Positions 58,864-64,000 of a stretch of DNA of 64,000 bases are shown piece by piece. This DNA is from Nannocystis bainbridge (GTDB taxonomy: Bacteria; Myxococcota_A; Polyangia; Nannocystales; Nannocystaceae). The notes under the pieces are model-generated. The model ran no database searches and was not told where the DNA came from. It saw nothing but the letters and a program-made list of their open reading frames with translations. The position numbers were made by a program, and so were the translations under genes. The stretch spans positions 448,001-512,000 of the forward strand of contig NZ_JAQNDL010000003.1 in the NCBI RefSeq assembly GCF_028368995.1, written 5' to 3'. Each line of letters opens with the position of its first letter. Position 1 is the first letter of the stretch.

Positions 58864-60471
58864 CTACCGAGGGAAAAACGTGTGTTGCCGCTGCCCTTTG
58901 GCGACGCGAAGATCGAAGTGATCCAGGGCCTCGCGGATACACCCCGTCTCGGGCGAGCCCGAGGCGAGACCTCGAACGCTGGGCGGCTCGTCGGCGGCGA
59001 TGGTCGTCAAGAGCGGCTCGGGTTCGATCTTCGCGCGCTTCAGGCAAGCCCGTGCGCGAGCCTCGGCCCGCCGCATGCGCTTCGCCCACGGCTCGGGCCG
59101 CGGCAGCTCGGGCGACTCGACGACCGCGCTCGCGGCCGCAGGCTCGACGACCTCGGGCGACTCGACGGCCGCGCTCGCGGCTGCGAACTCGATGACCGCG
59201 CTCGCGGCCGCGGGCTCGACGACCGCGCTCGCGGCCGCGGGCTCGACGACCCGCGGCGGCTCGGGCGACCCGACGACCGCGCTCGCGGCCGCAGGCTCGA
59301 CGACGGGAGGCGCGACGACCCGCGGCTCGGCGGCGGGCGACTCGACGACCGCCGGCTCGCTCGGCGCGGCCGCCCACAGGAGAGCCACGGTCGCGCCGAC
59401 GCCAAGGGCGAACGATGCGAGGGAGGCCCCGAGGACGAACGGCAGCGATGGTCGCTTCGCCGGCGCCGCCAGGCGCGACTGCACGATCTCGAGTGCCCGG
59501 ACCAGCTCGGCCATGCTGCGGTGGCGCTCCGCTACACGCGACACGCCGCGCCGAAGCTCCACGACCAGCGGCCCGAGCTCGGGCGCAAACTCCTCCGCTC
59601 GGATCTCGCGGTGGCGCCACACCTCCCGCGCATACAAACGCCGCCCGGTGATCATCTCGTAGAGGACGACGCAGACCGAGAACACGTCCGTACCTGGCGA
59701 GACCTTGCCCTCGTTGACCCACTGCGGGCACATGTACGCCGGATTCCCGATCCACTCCATCTCCGCCGTCCGCCAGCGCTTGCCGGCCTCGGTCGGATCG
59801 CGTAGGTGCGGCTGCTCGTAGTAGTCCGCGGTCAAAAGTGCCGCACCGAAGTCGATCAGGCGCACGCGCTCGCCTTCGAGGATCACATTGTCCGGCTTCA
59901 CGTCGCGATGGATCACGCCGGCGTTGTGAACCGCCGCGAGCACACGGCCGAGGTCGATCGCCAGCGCGAGCGCTCGCGCGGGCGGTATCGTCGTCTCACG
60001 GCGCAAGCGGTCGCGGATCGTCTCGCCCGAAATGATCTGCATGGCGAAGTAAGGCTCGCCCTCGGTCTCTCCGATGTCGTAGATCGCCGGGACGCCCGAG
60101 TGCCCGATCGCCGCGAGCGCTCGGTATTCCCGCCGAAAGCGCTCCGTGAAGCTCGTGTCCGCATAGCTCGGCTTGATCCGCTTGATCGCCACGTTGCGAC
60201 AGGCGACGCGATCGTATGCGAGCTGAACGACGCCCATTCCGCCCACGCCGAGCGTTCGCAGCAGCGTGTATCGCCCGGCGAAGGGACCGAGCGGCAGGCC
60301 GGCCGCTTCCACCGGAGGCGCGTCGTCGTCGTCGTCGCCGAAGCCCGCGTCGAGCACCGGACTCACGTCGATCGGCGGATCGAGCAGGCCGAAGGTCAAC
60401 TCCCGCGGGGCCGGACGGGTGATATCGGCGGGGTCGAGCGGCGGGAACGGGCTATCCGCGAGGACGGTCAA
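58864..60471 (-). CDS. Transmembrane Ser/Thr protein kinase
   Basis: LGVGGMGVV, VAIK, HRDVKPDN, IDFG; TM segment; TTG start after GGAG estimated. Confidence 0.88.
   Translation of the reverse strand: MTVLADSPFPPLDPADITRPAPRELTFGLLDPPIDVSPVLDAGFGDDDDDAPPVEAAGLPLGPFAGRYTLLRTLGVGGMGVVQLAYDRVACRNVAIKRIKPSYADTSFTERFRREYRALAAIGHSGVPAIYDIGETEGEPYFAMQIISGETIRDRLRRETTIPPARALALAIDLGRVLAAVHNAGVIHRDVKPDNVILEGERVRLIDFGAALLTADYYEQPHLRDPTEAGKRWRTAEMEWIGNPAYMCPQWVNEGKVSPGTDVFSVCVVLYEMITGRRLYAREVWRHREIRAEEFAPELGPLVVELRRGVSRVAERHRSMAELVRALEIVQSRLAAPAKRPSLPFVLGASLASFALGVGATVALLWAAAPSEPAVVESPAAEPRVVAPPVVEPAAASAVVGSPEPPRVVEPAAASAVVEPAAASAVIEFAAASAAVESPEVVEPAAASAVVESPELPRPEPWAKRMRRAEARARACLKRAKIEPEPLLTTIAADEPPSVRGLASGSPETGCIREALDHFDLRVAKGQRQHTFFPR
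59100..59360 (-). repeat. VVEPAAASA-type minisatellite in the kinase extracytoplasmic linker
   Basis: Repeated ctcgacgaccgcgctcgcggccgc units. Confidence 0.85.
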
Positions 60472-60484
60472 GGCGCGCTCCTTC

Positions 60485-61291
60485 TCACTTGGGGGCCGGC
60501 AGCGGGGCGAAGATGACCTCGTACTCCTGGCGCCGCGAGGACGTGACGGGCGTGTCGCCCGCGAGATCGTCGCGCTCCGGCCAGGTGATGAAGCCGTGCT
60601 CCACGGCGCTTGCGAGGCGATTCTCGCAGCGACAGGGGTTCTCGGGATCCACGTGCTCGCAGACGTAGTCGAGATATTCGCCCAGGTCTTGACGCGCGCG
60701 TGTGTAGGCAGTGTTCGCGCCGGTCGCGGTGCCGAAAATCGCAGACACCTCGTCGCGCGAGAGCCCGAGAATGACACGCAAGATGAATGCGGCGCGCGGG
60801 GCCGCGGACAGGTTCATCAGGACGGTCGTCAGGCACTTGCGCTGTACCTCGTGCTGGAGCACGTACAGCCGCCGCGGGTCGCCGCGGATCAACGGGTGTC
60901 CCATTCCGAGCTTGGTCGTCCCGTCGAACCGCCCGAGGCTCTCGTCGAGGTTGAACCCGTGAACCCGGTGGCGAGCGGAGAACAAGCGGATGACCTGCCG
61001 GAGGCGCCCGAACAAGTCGGCCGCGGGCTCGGCGATCGGCTCTCCCTGTAAACGCCTCGCGCCCGGCCGCTTGTATTCGTGCTGACGCAGGCCCGGGCGC
61101 TTGTACGCGCCGGGCGGGTGGCCAGGCAGCACGTCTGGGGCATCCGGCTGGAGCATCGCCATGCCCGCCTCACGCGAGCCTGCCATCCAGGTAGCGAACA
61201 ACACCACGAGCGGGTGTTCGGCGGGCGGCCGCTCGGCGGGGGAGTCTTGTTGTGCGGCGGAGCCCGAGGATTCAGGGGTCGGGGTGGCCAT
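60485..61291 (-). CDS. ECF sigma-factor-like protein (region 4 plus Cys-rich tail)
   Basis: CL...L....RAAFILRVILGLSRDEVSAIFG......YTRARQDL followed by CEHVDPENPCRC; region 2 poorly recognisable. Confidence 0.65.
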   Translation of the reverse strand: MATPTPESSGSAAQQDSPAERPPAEHPLVVLFATWMAGSREAGMAMLQPDAPDVLPGHPPGAYKRPGLRQHEYKRPGARRLQGEPIAEPAADLFGRLRQVIRLFSARHRVHGFNLDESLGRFDGTTKLGMGHPLIRGDPRRLYVLQHEVQRKCLTTVLMNLSAAPRAAFILRVILGLSRDEVSAIFGTATGANTAYTRARQDLGEYLDYVCEHVDPENPCRCENRLASAVEHGFITWPERDDLAGDTPVTSSRRQEYEVIFAPLPAPK

Positions 61292-61794
61292 CGACGTCCG
61301 ATGTTGCAGCGGAAGCGCGCTTCCGTCCAGCCGGCCGACGGGCCGGAGGGCGGACGCGCGCCCTGGCCAGGCCAGGAGCGGCTATCCTCTGTCTATCATA
61401 TGCCCATCCTCTGGATCAATGCTTGTTTGCGCGCACCGCGGCATGCGCGCGGCAAAACGCCACCTCCGCTCACCCGTACCTCGCGAATTTTGCAAAGGCG
61501 GCGCGCCGCATCCGACCTATCTCCTGTGACCTTCAACGGGCGTTCCGGTTCGGCTGAGGAGTGCCGACCGGGTCGGCAGCGGCGCGCCCCTGCCGAGATA
61601 CGCGACCGCCGTATCTCCTGTTCAAAGGGGTCACGGATCGCCTCGTAACGGCATCTGACGCCCCGTCTAGCCGTTCGGCGGCCCCGTTGGCCCCCTCGCT
61701 CCCTCCAGAATAGGGCGGCGTCCCTCGGTCGCCTCGCAACGAGGTCAGTAGCCTCGCACTGCGGCACCGACATCCCGCCGCGGAGTTCAACCCC

Positions 61795-62034
61795 ATGCAG
61801 ACCTCGATCCGTGTCCTCCCGACGCAGCCCCAGCTCCTCGTCCTCCCGACGCAGACCCCGATTCAGAACCCGACGTCCGCCCCCGTCTTCCGCGTCGTCC
61901 CCGCCACGGCGGCGGCCGTGTTCTGGGTGCTGCTGACGCTCCTGCCGTCCCTGCTGCTCCGGACTTCCTGTGGCTGCCAGGTTGGCGGACACATCAGCGA
62001 GGCGCCGCGCTTCGTGAAGCCTGGACCTCGTTAG
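61795..62034 (+). CDS. Small membrane protein with RTxCxxQVxGH motif
   Basis: GGAG upstream; hydrophobic segment then RTSCGCQVGGH. Confidence 0.55.
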   Translation: MQTSIRVLPTQPQLLVLPTQTPIQNPTSAPVFRVVPATAAAVFWVLLTLLPSLLLRTSCGCQVGGHISEAPRFVKPGPR

Positions 62035-62041
62035 GCCCCCG

Positions 62042-62563
62042 TCAAACGTCCATCACGGGTCGGACCTCGTAGTCGGTCCGCCCCAGGTGCTTCCGAGCCC
62101 ACTCGGTCGCTTCGCCCGGGGTCCGGAACATCCCGCGGGTGAGCACGGAGAACGGGCCCGACGCCTCGGTCGGGTGCCACATCGTGCGGCCCGTCTTGGT
62201 GTACGGGATCACGACCGTGTAATAGGCCGGCGCTTCGCCCCCGCGCCCGCTCCCGCGGGCGGCCTCCGCCGCCATCTCCAGGCCCGTCGCCAGGGCGTCG
62301 GCGAGGTCGTCGGTCTGATAGCCCTCGTCCTCGGAGCCGCCGGCGACGGCGACGCGGTAGTCGTTCCCATCGTACTCGAGTGTAACCCCGACCGCTTCGA
62401 GCTGCGCGCGGGCGCGGTCCGCCGTCAGCCGAGCGGCCCGCGTTGCCGACCTCGCCGACGACTTCGCCCGCTTCGCCGGCGACTTCGCCCGCCTCGCGGC
62501 GGACTGGCGCTTCTTTCCCAAGGTCTTGACGGCGGCGCGGCGGGCGGCGTTCGTGCGAGGCAT
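62042..62563 (-). CDS. Hypothetical protein with basic histone-like N-terminus
   Basis: KKRQSAARRAKSPAKRAKSSARS followed by two small globular-looking segments. Confidence 0.65.
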   Translation of the reverse strand: MPRTNAARRAAVKTLGKKRQSAARRAKSPAKRAKSSARSATRAARLTADRARAQLEAVGVTLEYDGNDYRVAVAGGSEDEGYQTDDLADALATGLEMAAEAARGSGRGGEAPAYYTVVIPYTKTGRTMWHPTEASGPFSVLTRGMFRTPGEATEWARKHLGRTDYEVRPVMDV

Positions 62564-62749
62564 CGGCCGATATGGCGCGAGATGTCCTTGTGGCGCCGGC
62601 CGAGCACGATGGCGAACCCCGCGCGCCGCAACCGGCCAGGCTGCGGCCCGGGCGGTGCCAGCCGCGAAGGATCGGCGCGAGCTCGAGGACGCGGCCTTCG
62701 GCCTCCGTCCAGCCCGCGCAGATGCCGGCTCGCTGCGCCTGCCTGACCC

Positions 62750-63478
62750 TCAAGCCCAAGCGGTCCGCCAGGATGCGGGGATCGCCATGCCGCCCGTGTA
62801 ATGCCAATCCGCGCCGCCGTCCTTCAGCCCGAGCTGATTTATCGCGTACTCCCCGATCGACCTCCAAAGATCGGGACCCGGGCAATTGCTCTTTTTCGCT
62901 TCCCACTGACGATGCGCGTACACGTGCGTGATCGACGGGTAAAGCTGCCGGAGGCCGGCGATCAGCCTCCGGCCCGCGTTGACCTGCTGGGGTGCATCCT
63001 GCAGGTGATTCGCCCCGAAAGCCTCGGGCTTCCACCATTTTCCGTCCGCGCTTGGATAGTTGCCTTCAAACTCGATCGTGATCGAAAACGGGTTCGCCAG
63101 CGACGAGCCAAACCGCATTTGCTGGATCGGGTCGAAGTTCATCACGACGGAGCCGTCGCGCCTCACGACGAAGTGCGCGCGAACCTCGGCCCATTTCGGA
63201 TTGCTGGGCTGCCAGGTGAAACCCGTCTGATGCAGGACGAGCGCCCGGACATCCGAGGGCGAGCGCCGGCGGCGAATGTATGATTTCGGCGCCTTGCCGC
63301 GGAGGTCGACCAGCGCGACGGGGAGGTCGAGCGGGTTGGGCGCGTCGTCGTCGGGGGCGGGCGCTTGCGGCCCCGGCTGCGGCGTGGGCCCCGGCTTGGG
63401 CGTGGTCTTCTGCGGCGGGCCCGCGAGGGCGAGGACGACCGCCAGGGCGACGGCGAAGCCGACGAGCGAGCGAGACAC
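62750..63478 (-). CDS. N-acetylmuramoyl-L-alanine amidase (Amidase_2-like) with signal/anchor
   Basis: LVLHQT, AHFVV..DG, SITIEFEG, AHRQ....KSNCPG zinc-amidase motifs. Confidence 0.85.
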   Translation of the reverse strand: MSRSLVGFAVALAVVLALAGPPQKTTPKPGPTPQPGPQAPAPDDDAPNPLDLPVALVDLRGKAPKSYIRRRRSPSDVRALVLHQTGFTWQPSNPKWAEVRAHFVVRRDGSVVMNFDPIQQMRFGSSLANPFSITIEFEGNYPSADGKWWKPEAFGANHLQDAPQQVNAGRRLIAGLRQLYPSITHVYAHRQWEAKKSNCPGPDLWRSIGEYAINQLGLKDGGADWHYTGGMAIPASWRTAWA

Positions 63479-63558
63479 GCCCGATATGGCCGGCGCGGAC
63501 GCCGGCGCGCCGCTAGGCTAGGAGCTTGCGCACGAATCCATGCGACGCGGGTTGAGCG

Positions 63559-64000
63559 TCAACGAACAGCGGCGAGGAAGCGCAGGGCGCGTTGGGACGC
63601 ATCTATCTCCGCCGCCATCACCTTCCGCAAGAATGAGGGCAACCCATCCATGGTGACGACGTGGACGAACGTGTCCTTCTCGGGATAGTGCGCGCTACCC
63701 ACGGTAAAGCGGACTAGGGCGTGGTCCACTGGCTCGAGCTTCAGCCCGTCGGGTCCGTCTACGGCGGCGAGCAAGTTTCCGTCGAGCACGATCAGCGGCA
63801 CGACGACGGCGAATATCCTCACCTCTGTCTTTTTGTCGCCCTCGACGACGCATAAGGGTTGGATCTCGGCGGACGCCTTCGCCACCTTCACTGCGGCCTC
63901 AAACCAGGCATCCGCTGCCTTGTCGGTTCTGTGTTGATGGATCGAGGTAGACAGATGCTGGGGGACCAACGACATGCCACAGAAGGCGTCGTCGAGAGCG
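63559..64000 (-). CDS. Hypothetical protein, C-terminal part (probably truncated by window end)
   Basis: Open frame with VVPLIVLDGNL motif; lower GC than the core. Confidence 0.55.
   Translation of the reverse strand, partial: ALDDAFCGMSLVPQHLSTSIHQHRTDKAADAWFEAAVKVAKASAEIQPLCVVEGDKKTEVRIFAVVVPLIVLDGNLLAAVDGPDGLKLEPVDHALVRFTVGSAHYPEKDTFVHVVTMDGLPSFLRKVMAAEIDASQRALRFLAAVR

Overview
Very GC-rich bacterial DNA, almost certainly a myxobacterium (Nannocystis-like by inference: MYXO-CTERM lipoprotein, Ser/Thr kinases, FG-GAP, VWA-like and IgGFc-binding lipoproteins with Thr/Ser-rich linkers). The core (about 5.8-53.3 kb) carries ndk, rlmN, a large kinase-FG-GAP-TPR protein, thyX, a CzcCBA-type efflux system with a CadR/PbrR-type MerR regulator and two 19-bp-spacer promoters, a two-component pair, an orphan DNA methyltransferase, an MrfAB-like helicase/exonuclease pair, TetR and an Old Yellow Enzyme. 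Both flanks (1-5.8 kb and 53.3-64 kb) hold inverted, diverged copies of a kinase-associated three-gene lipoprotein module with duplicates and decayed fragments. The most striking unexplained signal is a dispersed 14-bp palindromic box, TGTC-N6-GACA. It is chained in tandem arrays with exact 14-bp phasing (junction GACATGTC) at roughly 30 hand-counted loci between 5.8 and 46 kb, both intergenic and inside coding sequences, and appears absent from the flanks. No rRNA, tRNA, CRISPR array, transposase or integrase was recognised. All calls are by eye; no searches were run and many start codons are estimates.
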